From the NCBI GenBank assembly GCA_037447605.1, contig CM074804.1:4441909-4505908 (forward strand): 64,000 nucleotides of DNA. The letters run 5' to 3'. Both the position numbers and the translations under genes were made by a program. Under the pieces are notes generated by a model. It made no database searches. It saw only the letters and a list, made by a program, of their open reading frames with translations, and was not told the DNA's origin. Origin of the DNA: Zygnema circumcarinatum SAG 698-1b. Taxonomy: Eukaryota; Plantae; Zygnematophyceae. Positions 38,780-51,007 of the stretch are shown one piece after another. The first letter of the stretch is position 1. Each line of letters begins with the position of its first letter.

Positions 38780-41700
38780 ATGGCACCCCGAATGCGCTCT
38801 TCCTCCCCTCTCTTTCTCTCCCTCTTTCTCTCCCTCCTTTCCCTCTCCCGCCTCTCTCCGTTCCGCCTCTCACTCTCTCTCCTCTCGCTCTTCCTCCTCT
38901 CCTTCTCTTTTTCTGCAACAAGCACCTCTCTTGAGACCTTTGAGAGCTCCTCTGAAGCCATGGGCGCAATAGCTTTCGCCGTTGTAGGCCGAACTGAGTA
39001 TGCTTTTGACCTCTACTCTCTCCCTACTCCCCCTCTTGAAGCTTCACGACAGACTGAAGGGCGTCTTAAAGAGTGGATAGGAAAATCCTCCAAAGCGCAG
39101 TCCGAGCCATGGGCTGCACGTGGCAGAAAGCTGCTGAACGTAGGGGAGAGGGAGGAGGAGGGAGAAGAGGGGAGTGGGGTTAAGGAGGGAGTGGAGGGGA
39201 AGGGAGAGGAGTGGGAGCGGGAGCGAGAGCGGGAGCAGGAGGAGGGAAAGGAGGAGGAGAAGGTGTGTGTGGAGCAGGGGGAGGAGGGAGAGGAGGATGG
39301 GGGCGAGGAGGTGAAGAAGGGAGAGGAGCAGGTGGGGGAGGAGCGATACACTGCAGGCCCCTCTGTGAACTATCACGGTTACTCCATTCCGAGCAGCTCC
39401 AAACTTAGGGAGGTGCTTGAAGAGAGAAAGTTAAAAAGTGGGTCTAACGATGGAGTTGACATTTTGTTCATTTCTGAACGGAATGGAAATGTAGCGGAGG
39501 TTTTCTATGCGAACGGGAACCTTTCCGCTCCACCCTTGCAGCTGACACATGGACTGGCCCTCCATGACCGTCCCTGTGCTGTTCCGGGAACTGCGGAAAT
39601 GGTGTTGTCAGCAACGGAACGACCCTCAGGGACACCCCGGCAGGCTTGGACGGCTGTCTATAAGCATGATTTTAGGCTCAATACGACCAAGGTTAGTCTC
39701 CCCCCCCCCCCGGCCCCACCCCCGGTCCTTTTCTTTCTCTACCTTGCTTTTGTCCTTTTTTTCAGGTATGTGTGTTTGCCTGCTTCATTTGAAAGGTTAC
39801 ATTTGTATTGTCTGCATTTAAAGTACTCATTCGGGTAACTTGTTTATTTTTATTTTTGTGTTTTGCAATGCTGCAAATCTTCTTCCCTAGAGCCGCTCCC
39901 ACTTGCTTTCAAAATTAAAAGTTTCACTGCATGCTGTTCAGTGAGTAGAAGCCTACTTCGTAATAAAGGAACATTAGCAGTCTGGCTACCGAAGAAAGCG
40001 CTGAGACCAAAGGTAACAGGCAACCGATAGGAAGCGAAGTGATACAACCGAAACGAACAGCCTACGGCGTGACCGAAGACTTCTTGCTCACCTCTCCCTC
40101 TCCTCTCTTGGCTCTCTTCTCTCTACCTCCTCTCCCCTTCCTCACTCGCTCTCCCCTCCCTCCCTTTTTCCCCTCTCTCTCTCTCCACTCTCCCTCCTTG
40201 TTTCCCTCTCCTCCCTCTCTCCTTTTCAGCGCCTCTCACCGGAAGGCGTAACCGACTATAGCCCTTCCGTTTCCCCTTCAGGAGGATGGGTAGCTGTCGC
40301 ATCCCCCAAAAGCTCTCCCTTCTGGTCGACCCGCCAAGGTCCCCCTCTCGATATCTTCACCTTCCGCACATCGGACGGCTCAGATCGACTCAAAGTAGCC
40401 AGCAACGGTGGATGGCCCTCTTGGGGCCCTACCGACCGTACCCTCTATTTCCACAGCCCCGCCTCTGATGGATGGTACAGCCTTTATAAAGTAGAACTGC
40501 CAGAAGATATGAAGGCTGCAAGTTTCCCTCTTGAAGCTGTTCGTTTAAGTCCTCCTGGAGTGCATGTTCTCACTCCTTCTGCGGCTCCTTCTGGAAACTT
40601 CGTTGCGGTAGCAACAAGGCGACCTCCCTCCCCCTACAGGCATATTGAAGTTTGGGACTTAGAACGAAAGACGCTCCTTCCTCTCACAGCTACTGTACGC
40701 CCTGAGGCGCATCATTACAGTCCATTCGTTTTTGCAAATTCGAAGCAGATTGGTTATCATCGTTGTAGAGGGGTTTGCAAGCGAACAGCGTCGTGGGAGA
40801 TTGAAATGGAGGAGGAGAGAGCATCACATGGAGATAGAGCTTTGGTGGGAGAGAGCAACGTTCCAAATATTGAGTCTCTTCAATCGCCTATTCCCGGCTT
40901 GGCACTGCTGAGAACGAGTGGAGACTTTCCCGTGTTTTCTCCCAACGGTTCCATGGTGGCTATGATTCCGTCAGTCGGAGTGCGGGAGTCGGGAGTTGTA
41001 GTAATGAACGTGGACGGCTCGAATAAGCGCCAAGTATTCAGAGGCTCTGCATTTGGGTTGTCGTGGAATCCCGTTAAAGACGACACGGTGTATACCAGTT
41101 GTGGAATGATCTTCGCCAAGGAGCATTCTGAGGTTCACATTGTGGCGATATCTGGAGTGAAGGAGGGCGCTTTGGAAGAGGGAGAGCGCCCAGGGAGTGG
41201 CGCCTCTCTCTCCTCCCTGAAGTTGACTAAGGAAGGAACCGGAAACAATGCGTTCCCTGCAGTTTCCCCAGACGGGACAAAAATCGTTTTTCGTTCAGGT
41301 CGATCTGGGCACAAAAATCTGTATATAACGGATGCCGAGAAAGGGGAAGAGGGTTTTTTGAAAAGGCTTACAGAGGGGCCTTGGACGGATACTATGCCGA
41401 ACTGGTCACCTGATGGGAAATGGATCGCTTTCAGTTCAGATCGCGAGCAAGAGGGAACGTTTTCTATATACGTGGTGAATCCGGATGGCTCCGGGCTGCG
41501 GAAAGTTTTTGGAACTGGGGTTCAAGGAAGGGCAAACCATCCCTTTTTCAGCCCGGACTCGAAACAGATAGTGTTTACTTCTGACTATGCGGGGATTTCT
41601 GCAGAACCGGTCGCATTTCCGCACCAGTTTCAGCCGTATGGGGAAATTTTTGTCATGAATTTGGATGGGAGCGGGTTGGTGAGGCTCACGCACAATCAGG

Positions 41701-41849
41701 TGGAGGACGGGACTCCCTCTTGGGGACGGAAATTTGTCGGTTCGGAGGAGATCACTGGGGAGGGGGAAAAGCTGACTTGTGGATTTAGTGATGTTCGTTG
41801 GCTGGGTGCTCCTAACTCGGCGCAGGAGCAAGAAGTGCAGGTTCTATGA
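38780..41849 (+). CDS. TolB-like / DPP6 N-terminal-like (PD40 beta-propeller) protein, 2 exons (38780-~39691, 40230-41849), with a hydrophobic N-terminus
   Basis: GAIAFAVVGRTEYAFDLY, RLSPEGVTDYSPSVSPSG, NNAFPAVSPDGTKIVFRSGRSGHKNLYI, RLTEGPWTDTMPNWSPDGKWIAFSSDR, SAEPVAFPHQFQPYGEIF, RLTHNQVEDGTPSW. The start could alternatively be 38960. Confidence 0.9.
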
Positions 41850-43145
41850 GTTTGCTGGGTGGCCCTAGTGCGGTTAGTTCTAGTTTGAGTCTAGACGTGT
41901 ATAGACGGTGCATATGAGGGTATTGACACCTTCAAGACCTAACATAGGAAGATTTTGACAGCAGCTTGATAACCCCAAATATGTACATTTGTAAACATAC
42001 TTTAGTCAAGCACTGTAAATAGAGCATGAGTTTTGCATACTAGGAAGAATGAGGACTGGGGGTTCGAAATTTAGTGAAGTCGGAAGCCTACGACGAGCGC
42101 ATAGAGGTCATAGAACGGTCCTGTATATCTTGTAGCAGCCTTCAAATAGTGTCTCCGTTTGTTCAGAGCAATCATGTGGTGAATGGTTTGGCATGCATGG
42201 CATGGCATGGCATGGCTCCAATATGTGGTGGCGACTTGTCGATCACAATTGGGGCCACTTTGGCAGAGCGCGGGGACTGTCCTTGGGTCTGGTCTTTGGC
42301 AGTGCATTTCTCACAGCCGGGGAGGGAGGGAGCGTGGCTCCGCAGCTCTGCATAGTTTGCAGCTTTAAACCATTAAAAGAGCAGTCTGTACGGCAATTAA
42401 GGATGGCCGTAAACTTATCATTATTATTTTTAATTAGATTCTTCACCTCGGATTTAAAATTATGGTCGATTTAAAAATTTAAAAACGTGATTGCACTTTA
42501 AGCGCTTTGGCTTCAGGAGTGTCTACTTGGTTTCAATGATTAAATATTTCAAACTGAGAAAAAAAGATAAATGTAAGCAATATGCGTGAAATACGTGGGA
42601 AGCGACTATCATGCGCGATTTGAGAGTCAAATGATTTGCAAAACCTTAGTCGTTTACTAACGTGTGTTTAGTCATTTTATAGTAAGTTGTACGTCGATGG
42701 CTACGAACATCTTAGTAAGTAGGCGATGGTTAAGATTGAGGGTATCCCGAATTTTGCCACCACCACCAGCATGCAAGCAAGCACTCTCAGCTCGGGGCCT
42801 ATGCTAGTTAGCATCAGCGCTCGAGAGAGGCTCACGACAGCACTGCACTGCAGGAGCCTTCAAAGCATGACAGTAGGAAAAGCAACTATTCTCCCCAAAA
42901 GTCAGCATTCACATGCAGAGAACCAGTTACAGTCGCGCGCAGTCCCGGCGTCCAGTTTACCGCTGCCTTTTTAGATCGCTTCCCCTTCACCACTCCGCTT
43001 CTCTTCTCCCGCCTCCATTCCTCACCCAGATTTCTTGTTGTCCTTTCGGGTTCCCCCCCTATTGTTTATTAGGGTTGTTGTTCGCACAGTTTTGGGAGTC
43101 TCCTTGAAAGGCTACTGTAGGGCTGTTTTTAGGGTTAAGCGGAAG

Positions 43146-46100
43146 ATGCCGAAGGCTCGTGGTGGCCATAAGGAGGATGAAGGGCGGCAATGGCGCGAGC
43201 TTGTGCCCGTATTGTACGACTGGCTGTGCAACCACCACCTCGTCTGGCCCTCGCTCTCCTGCAGGTGCGAGGGCACTCGCAGAGAAAGACCTTTATTGAT
43301 AGAAGGGAAAGAGAAAATTGGAAAATGGGTCTCTTTATTCATTTCCTTTTCCTATTTCACCTTTATCTTTCACCATGTCTATCCTTAAGCGCTCTGAACC
43401 ACGAATTTAAACGGTCAAAGAGGCTTGCATTTCTATATATCGAGTTCGCGGAACCGCTCAAACTAATTCTACAAGCCTTTTTTTCGATGTTATATGCAAA
43501 GGAATCAGAATGTTTACGACTACATTGGAACTTGTAGCTACAATGTTGTGAAAACCTTCGAAAGTCTCGCTACCATTTCTAAGCGTTAGAACCTGCAGTC
43601 TGCAACCTCGCCCAGGATGACTAACTAAACCAGTTGAACTCTAATCAACCGTACAATCCCGAACCGCTAAAAGCATGTGGAAATTTTGAACTTTGAAAAC
43701 CGATAAAGCAGAACTTTTGAATCCCCAAAACTGAGATGGGATCTCTTGGACACCAATTTCAGTTCGAAGTAGGTTAAGTCATTTGTGAGGAGGGAGAAGA
43801 GGGGGTGACAGCGCTTCACATAAGACTGACTTTACTTAGTGCATTCTTTTTTGCAAGCAATTCGTACTGAATACTTGCCCGAAAGCCATTCGTTTCCTCA
43901 AAAGTATTTGCCAACAGAGTTTACTTTGTAGGTGCGCATGAAGGTGAGGCGTGCGAGGGCATAACAGCGTATATTCGGGATCCCGGGCGGGCCTTGAAAC
44001 AGATGGGGCCCGCAAGTGGAGGATCTCCGCTTCAAGAGGAAGCAGAGGCTGTACCTTTCCGAGCAGGTAAAGCCCACTCCTCCCCCCCCCTCTCTCGCTC
44101 TCCTCTCCCTCAGCATTTGGAGCGAGTATGTGGTTTAATTCGATACAACGCGCAAAACCAATACTGAGTTTGCAATCTCAGCACGTGTGGACGAAAGGAA
44201 CTAAAGCCTAGCGGTCTGAAGTCATTAATATCCTCATTATACCCCAGAAAACCCTGAGCTGGCAAGAAAGTGATCTGAAAATGAATGACACAAGGAACTT
44301 GGAAGAAACCCTTCCTACTGGAAACCCCGCAGGTGGTGAAAACTCTGGTTTTTTAAGAAAACTTAAAAACATTATTTTCTTGGGTGGTGGCTGGCCAGAC
44401 GGACGGGACGGTGCCGAACACTTTGGTGGTCGCGACTGTGGAGGTGGTGAAGCCGCGGGTGGCCGCGGCAGAACACATCAATTCAGTATGCACTCAGTTT
44501 ACTCTGTGACTGTTTAACTGTAACTGCAACTATAATTGGAGCTGCAACTGTAACTGTGACTGGAACTGTGTCTATTGCTGTTTTTTTCTTTTCGTGACCT
44601 TTTTTTTAAAACTGTCAAAGCCTCAAACGCCTCGGCCCCTCCTCGCTTGCAGTTTTCATATGACAACCGGTCGCCTTTTGTCCGAAAGACGAAGACCATT
44701 ATCCACCCGGGTGAGGTGGGCTCCATTCGCTTTTCGTTGTTCGCTTTCACCATGCTCAATCACTTATGCAGGCTTCCTTTCTTGTTCATCAGACAAATCT
44801 TCTCCCTCGTGTTCTCTCGCTCTCTCTCTCTCGTTCTATTTCTCTTCCACCTGGACGTGACGAGCTAGTTATGATCGTTTCTGGATCATGCGATGCCCCT
44901 ACCGTGCAGACATCTAGCAAACCTCTTCATTTTTTGTTTTTTTCCTTCGGTCGTGGCCCGCCTAGAAGAGATGCGACAAGATGTGTTCGTGTGAGAAAGG
45001 AGACCAGAGATGAGATAGGGGACAAGCGAGAACACAGGCGAGAAAGGAGAGACGAGAGAGAGTGAAATGAGAGGTACAAGATAGGAGATCAGTCTGCTTC
45101 GGACCCGTTGTGTGTAGGTGAATCGAATACGGGAGCTCCCAGAGGCCCCCCACATATTGGCCACACATACGGATAGTCCTGAGGTGCCTTTCTCTCTCAC
45201 CCCCCGCCTTCCCTCTCTCTCTGTCTCTCCTTTTTTTTTGCCTCGTTTTGCATACTGCAGTGGGGACGAGGAGCGGCCGTCTGAGGCCGCGGCAGTCACG
45301 TGCAGGTCTTTGTTTGGAATACGGAGACGCAACCGAACCGGCTGAAGAAGGAGTCCAAGGCGGGAGCCTCCCTGAGGGAGCACAAGGGCGGGAAAGAGGG
45401 GGCTGCCCATCTGGAAGAGTCTCGTCCTGATTTGGTACATCCGTCCATCCTTCACTCGTGTCATTGTGTGGGCAAAAGTTGAATGTTGAATGTTTCAGGT
45501 TTCATTTTTGTAGGGGTTTTGGGTTATTTCCAAACCCTAACAAGGACAAGAACTTTCTTTTATTTTTTCTCCTGCAGGTTTTGGTGGGCCATACTTCGGA
45601 AGCGAGATTCGCACTAGCTATGGGGCAGGCAGGTCCTCTAGTACTCAGTGGGGGCCAGGACGAACTGGTGGTCCTTTGGAACATAGAGGACCAAATGACC
45701 ACTTTGCAGGTGCTTCTCCTCCTCCGTTCCTCTCTCTGCCACACCTCTCTCTTCCCAAATCCCTCTCAAGCCTTCAAACGCTCTTGAACTTCACGACTTG
45801 AAATTCGTATTATCTGCCATTTCCTTTCTCCCTCTTTGCAGACCCCTGCAGGTGCAGACAGCAAGCCCAGGGGAGCGAGGTTGGCGGCCCGCGGGGTGTA
45901 CAAGGGCCACACGGCCACTGTAGAGGACGTGCAGTTCCGGCCGAGCAGCCGCGAGGAGTTTTGCAGCGTCGGGGACGACTCCCGCCTGCTGCTGTGGGAC
46001 GCGCGGGCGGGGGAGGGGGCGGTGGCGGCGGTCGAGAGGGCGCACGAGGGGGACCTGCACTGCGTGGATTGGAACGCACATGACGAAAATTTGATCCTCA

Positions 46101-47392
46101 CAGGATCGGCAGACGGGCAGGTGAAACTTTTCGATCGAAGGAGTCTGGAGACAAAGGGACCTTCCAAGGCTATTCACACTTTCGAGGGCCATTCGAAACC
46201 GGTCCTATGCGTGCAGGTGAGAACGCTCATTTTTGTGATCTGCGTCAGAACTAGACCAAAGGGGGCGAGTGTTTGTCGATGCTCAGGAAGTGACAGAGTT
46301 TGGCCAGTGATGAATAAGGTTATCCACCCCCCTCCCCCTCTCTATGCGGCTTATGAAGGGAAGCCGCTGGTGACTGTGCTCCTTGCAGTGGTGTCCCGAC
46401 CGCACCTCCGTGTTTGGAAGTTGTGCGGGGGACAAAACAGTGAACGTGTGGGACTCTGCACAGGTTCGGCCCGGCCACTCGCCATGGGGCCACATGGCTG
46501 CCTTTGCTCAAAAGCACTTCTCCTGGCCAGAGGCCACTTCCTCCTCTGAAGAAGAGCAGCTGTTGTGCTGCGCTCCCCTGCATGGCACATATGAAGAAGC
46601 TGCTGCTCCTTGTTTCTGCAGACTGCTCGCTCTGAGTGAGGGTTGGTTGCAGCCGTTCTGACTATTAGATGGAGGACCTGCTGGCGACAGGTGGCATCGA
46701 AGCACAGTGCAGCGCAGGAAGAGAGTGAGGACCGCGCACCTGAAGGCCTCATGTTCAAGCATGTGGGTCATCGGTGCGTCTCTCCCGCCCATACTTCGTC
46801 GCCCTGTGTGGAGGTCCTATAACGGAAAGAAGGGTTTTTTCCTTCGTCTGCAAGCACCGCTTGCTGAAGATTTTTTTTTTTATGACAAGATTTAAATGGA
46901 AATGCAGAAGAGTTCAGCTGCTTTCATGTGGATCCTTTATTTCCATGCTTTGCTGAGGATTCCCACGTGGGCTCAGAGACGAGGTGGTGGACTTCCATTG
47001 GGACCCCGTTGACCCCTGGACGATTGCCAGCGTGTCTGTGGAGAGCAGCAACAAAGGAGGCTCGGCCTTGCAGGTGCGCCTAGGGAAACCCTAAACCTCA
47101 TTATGGGGAGCTGCTCCATTGCGTTTTGGTGTTTTCCCACCTCGTTCGAGATTGCAATGAACAGAAACAGTGAACAGGATTATACCCCGCTTCAGTTTTG
47201 AATCCGTTTTCTCAAAGGAAAGAACTGTATGGCTAGTGAGAGCGGGCGAGAATTTGCATGCAGTTCTTTACTGACTGAGGGAAGCTTCCTGCGATGCAGC
47301 TGTGGCGGATCAGCGACCTCATCTACCGCTCGCCGGAGGAAGTGTTGGAGGAGCTGGCAGAGCACCGAGCGCATGTGCTCGGTCCAAACTGA
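43146..47392 (+). CDS. MSI4: MSI4/FVE-type histone-binding WD40 protein, ~11-12 exons
   Basis: WRELVPVLYDWLCNHHLVWPSLSCR|WGP..QRLYLSEQ|TDGTVPNTLVVATVEVVKPRVAAAEHI..TIIHPGE|VNRIRELP..ATHTDSPE, GHTATVEDVQF, DLHCVDWN, VVDFHWDPVDPWTIASVS, LWRISDLIYR. Confidence 0.93.
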
Positions 47393-47740
47393 CGTGGTGG
47401 CGCCAGTAGAGGCGGCCACAACACCTTGTTCAAAGTTTAGGGTTCAGATTTCCAATAAACGATCCACTCATCCACTTGACAACAACATAACACTTCCTTT
47501 CCCGTTACTTCTCTTTTAGCTCACTGTCCATCTCTCGTCTCCTCTCCTTTCCCACCCTCAACCCCATCGCCCTCTCTATCCCACTCGAGCACTCTCCCTT
47601 GTCTAAGCTGTTTCCAGCAATGACAACTTTTGTCAAAATATATGATGTCCACTTGCATGCAGTGTCCGTTTGATAGCCTCCGCCTTGACCGTGCTTTGAC
47701 CCCGTTGGTCGCGGCAAACAAGACCTTAAGTTCCCAACCA

Positions 47741-48760
47741 CTAACCCTAAACGCAAACCCTAACTTCATCACCTCTCAGGCAGAGCGTGAGGGTGACAGC
47801 AGTCGGAGGCCGTTGCCGGCAAGGTGCAATGCTTATCATTGAGCATTTGGAACCGCCATCCCTGCAGCCGTACACGCATCTGCAACAACACCCAAGCCCA
47901 ACGATAAATTTAGCAAATACAATTTTATTGAAAAAGTAAGTAGTTGCTAATTAAGCACAGCATCGTGCAATCATCTAAAGATAGATGAGGTGTGAGACCT
48001 AATGTATAGGTCCTGTGATGTGATGCCTGATGGCTCCAGGAAATGGATCGTCAACGAATCTAAACTTTTGAGAACTCTTAGAATTGCCATCTGTGGCGTA
48101 GGTTTAGCAATGAAGGTTTTGGAAGTTGGTTGATATTCAAATTATGGCCTTTAATGAGTTTGAAGTCATAAAAGGGAAGGCAATCAGATTGTTGCGTCGA
48201 AAATTATGTAATGTAAACTTACTATAGTTAAGACAAAAATCGAGAAAATTGCTGGAGAAACAGAACATTGACGAATCCAAGTATGCAGCCATCGCTTTAC
48301 TCCTCTCAACTCAACAAGACGTGTTTTCGAAATTTCAGTCATTCTTCAAATTTACCTTCTCCAGGAATGTGGAGCTCCCACCCGTAGCTCCCTTCGTCCG
48401 TCCTTTTGCCACTCTCCCGCACCATTTGCAAGCCCTCCTTTCTTTCGAGCTGACTCGTGTCTATCTTGACTCCACAAAATTTAAGCGTTTCTGCTGTTGT
48501 ACCCTTCACAGGCGGATGTCCCTCTCCCTCCCGTCGTTTTCTTCTTATCTTCTTCTAGACGCAGAGAGCAGACTGCTTCTTATTCTTCATGTTTTCAGTG
48601 CGCATTTTTTGGATATTGTTCGGACTTGTCTTAGGTCACTCAAAAATTCAGGTTCAAAGTCGCTTTGCAGGAGTTTATCCAATAGTTAGCATCTTTTGCT
48701 TGTAACTTCTTGATTAGGGTTTGCTTGGGGACGACAGAGTACGGGAGAGAAAAACAAAAG
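47741..48760 (-). pseudogene. Decayed partial duplicate of RRP8 (exon 1, intron 1, exon 2 and the start of intron 2)
   Basis: Colinear with ~53570-54800, introns included. Exon 1 reads MRTENMKNKKQSALCV* (in-frame TAG where RRP8 has AAG). Exon 2 reads MRVRLQGWRFQMLNDKHC versus [18 protein letters not shown]. Downstream exons are absent. Confidence 0.8.
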
Positions 48761-49015
48761 AGAGAGACGTGAAAGTACAGAAACGAGCCAGAGAGTGGCT
48801 GGAGGACAGACGGACGAGGAGCTGGAGAGAACGAAGAGAGAGGCTATACGGCGGGAGGGAGTAACGAAAGGCGGCATCTCCGCATGCTCTGCTTGAGAGG
48901 CGCCTATGACTGTGCAAGCATACTCCTTTGTTTAAAGTTATAGGCAACAGCCTTCAACCATGGCAGCTGCCAGTCATTGCATTCGAGTGTGTGTAACAAT
49001 TAGTTAGCCCTAGCC

Positions 49016-49816
49016 CTACTTCACATCCGATCCTCCCTTCCCACCATCAGGTGGTTTCTCTGATGGTCCGCCATCTACTCTCGTCAATGGCTTTCTTTTG
49101 GGCCATCGCTTCGCATGCTCGCTCCATTTGTTCCATCTAACAGGATCCGGAATGCCGCATAGTAAGCAAGGAACCACAGTTCTACCATAGCATGTCTTGC
49201 ATCTTGCCCATCCAACAACACCACTCACTCCTGCTCTGCCAGGCTTTGTGACATAGCCTCCCGTACCCGAACAAGCTCCACATTCTGCCCAGCCACTTTG
49301 GAAGCCACAGAGGCTGCACCAGCCACCAAATTCTGGGCCAACAATGGGAATTGGACGTTCTATGACTAAAAGAGGTTTGCTGCCAAGCATGTGGTCTGGA
49401 CCGAGACGAGCTTCATCTGCGCCAGAAAATAGGGTTCTCCGGCTGCGTTCTGAGGGTCTAGGAGGGTCTGAGGGTTCAGGAGGGCTTGGAGCTGCAGGAG
49501 GCGTACTCCCCTCATCACTGCTTGGCGCCATAATTTCATTGCCAGTATGTCTCGGTTTCTGCTTGTTATCACTTGCAACTCCTTTTCTAAGAGACTTCTT
49601 CTGCTCTTCGGCTTTACTGTGTAAACCATCATCTTGCTCCTTCGAACTTGAAACTGTTGGCCATGTTCGTGCGGTAGGGAGTCTTTCTCCCTGGCCACCA
49701 GATGCGGGTGTGATAAATGAAGAACTTCGCAAGGAAACCTGTTCAGCAGTATCGAGAGAACGAGCTACAAGTGCTCCGCCATTACGTTGCACTACAAAAG
49801 AAGAGCATCTGTCCAT
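49016..49816 (-). CDS. Intronless DnaJ/Hsp40 cysteine-rich (CxxCxGxG) zinc-finger protein without a J-domain
   Basis: Four CxxC pairs: CSLCG, CGACSGTG, CKTCYGRT, CLLCG, after an S/R-rich N-terminus. Confidence 0.7.
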   Translation of the reverse strand: MDRCSSFVVQRNGGALVARSLDTAEQVSLRSSSFITPASGGQGERLPTARTWPTVSSSKEQDDGLHSKAEEQKKSLRKGVASDNKQKPRHTGNEIMAPSSDEGSTPPAAPSPPEPSDPPRPSERSRRTLFSGADEARLGPDHMLGSKPLLVIERPIPIVGPEFGGWCSLCGFQSGWAECGACSGTGGYVTKPGRAGVSGVVGWARCKTCYGRTVVPCLLCGIPDPVRWNKWSEHAKRWPKRKPLTRVDGGPSEKPPDGGKGGSDVK

Positions 49817-50096
49817 GGTGAGAAGGGAATCGAGAGACACAAGGCGGTTACGATTTCCAGAATACTGTAAGCTAAGGCCGCCACCTCGCAATCAGCACGC
49901 CGCCCGCCTCTCTCACACTCCCTTCCTCGCACTTCCTCACTCGCCCTCGTTTTGAACAAAGCGGTCAGTACTCGCCAGTAGCCACTCGGCATTGTGTGAC
50001 GCCACTATGTCGCCATACTTTGGGTGACGTGATGTCATCCGTAGTACTTTTAAATCAGTTAATAATAGCCACTAGTTAGTAAGTAACGCAAACTTT

Positions 50097-50400
50097 CATT
50101 GAACTCGCGATGGCGAGGCCATCAAATTTACATGGATAAAGGCAAAATGTGGAACCACGAAGGACTGGTCACAAAGGACCGAAACACAATAAAACGAAGC
50201 TAGGAGCGGAAAACTACGCCTAGGCACAACAACGCAGCCCTAGAAGCAGCCGCGAAGGTCACCGATGTGAGGCACGTCGCGAGGAGGGAGCGGCGGAAGT
50301 CCACCAACACGGTCACCAACAACTGCAGCACGCCGAAGTAGCGTAGAAGCGAGGCAACGCTGAAGGGCGACGGAAGCCTTTAGATGGTAACGGCCTGCAG
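50097..50400 (-). mobile_element. CRE-like retroelement 3' remnant without the MITE insertion
   Basis: Reads SVALQRCLASTLLRRAAVVGDRVGGLPPLP and shares the 3' UTR and GATGGCGAGGCCATC hairpin with the 37221-38680 copy. Confidence 0.7.
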
Positions 50401-51007
50401 CAAGGAATTTTTTGGCTGGGTAACTGCACATGGCTATGGAATTTCTTAGCTAATATATAAAAGGGGGAGCCATGAACTCATGGGTAAGTAAACTTCCAGC
50501 CAAAAAAAAATGAGTAAATGACTTTCACCCTTCAAGTAAAATTTGCTAGAATTTCAGCATATTTTTCGACTTTTAGTGACACATTTTAGTCACTTTGCAA
50601 TATTCGACACATTTTAGCCCTTTATCTTTAATTCTTTTTACACAGTCATTTTAATCACTAAATTCTGGACATCTGGCTATGTATCTCCTACCTGGTAGCC
50701 TCCGGTTAGTAATTCTTAAGTTAGTAAATATCTGGCTAATAAAGCTTTAGGCTGCATTTCGTTGATTTGGAATTTACACAAACAAACATTTGCATGTGGA
50801 ATATGCCAAACATTTGAATCAACCGATTTTTTGGCTCTTACGGAGTGCATTTTCATTTCAACTTACATTTCAAAATTTCAAGAGAATTTGATAAGGGCAC
50901 CAGTAAGGAGCACCATCAACACAGCTGTCTTATTCTCCTCCTTGCCCCTCACTCTTAAAACGAGGACACATTGTTACCATTTAATGAAAAAAATGGAGCC
51001 CATAGAT

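Noticed and set aside
44513-44572. Degenerate (AACTGT)n hexamer run in an MSI4 intron
   Set aside because: Ordinary simple repeat.
50405-50745. AT-rich segment with a short inverted repeat (ttttggctgg/ccagccaaaa) and ttagtca/tagcc words, similar to ~4960-5030
   Set aside because: Possibly a decayed MITE, but no definable termini or target-site duplication.
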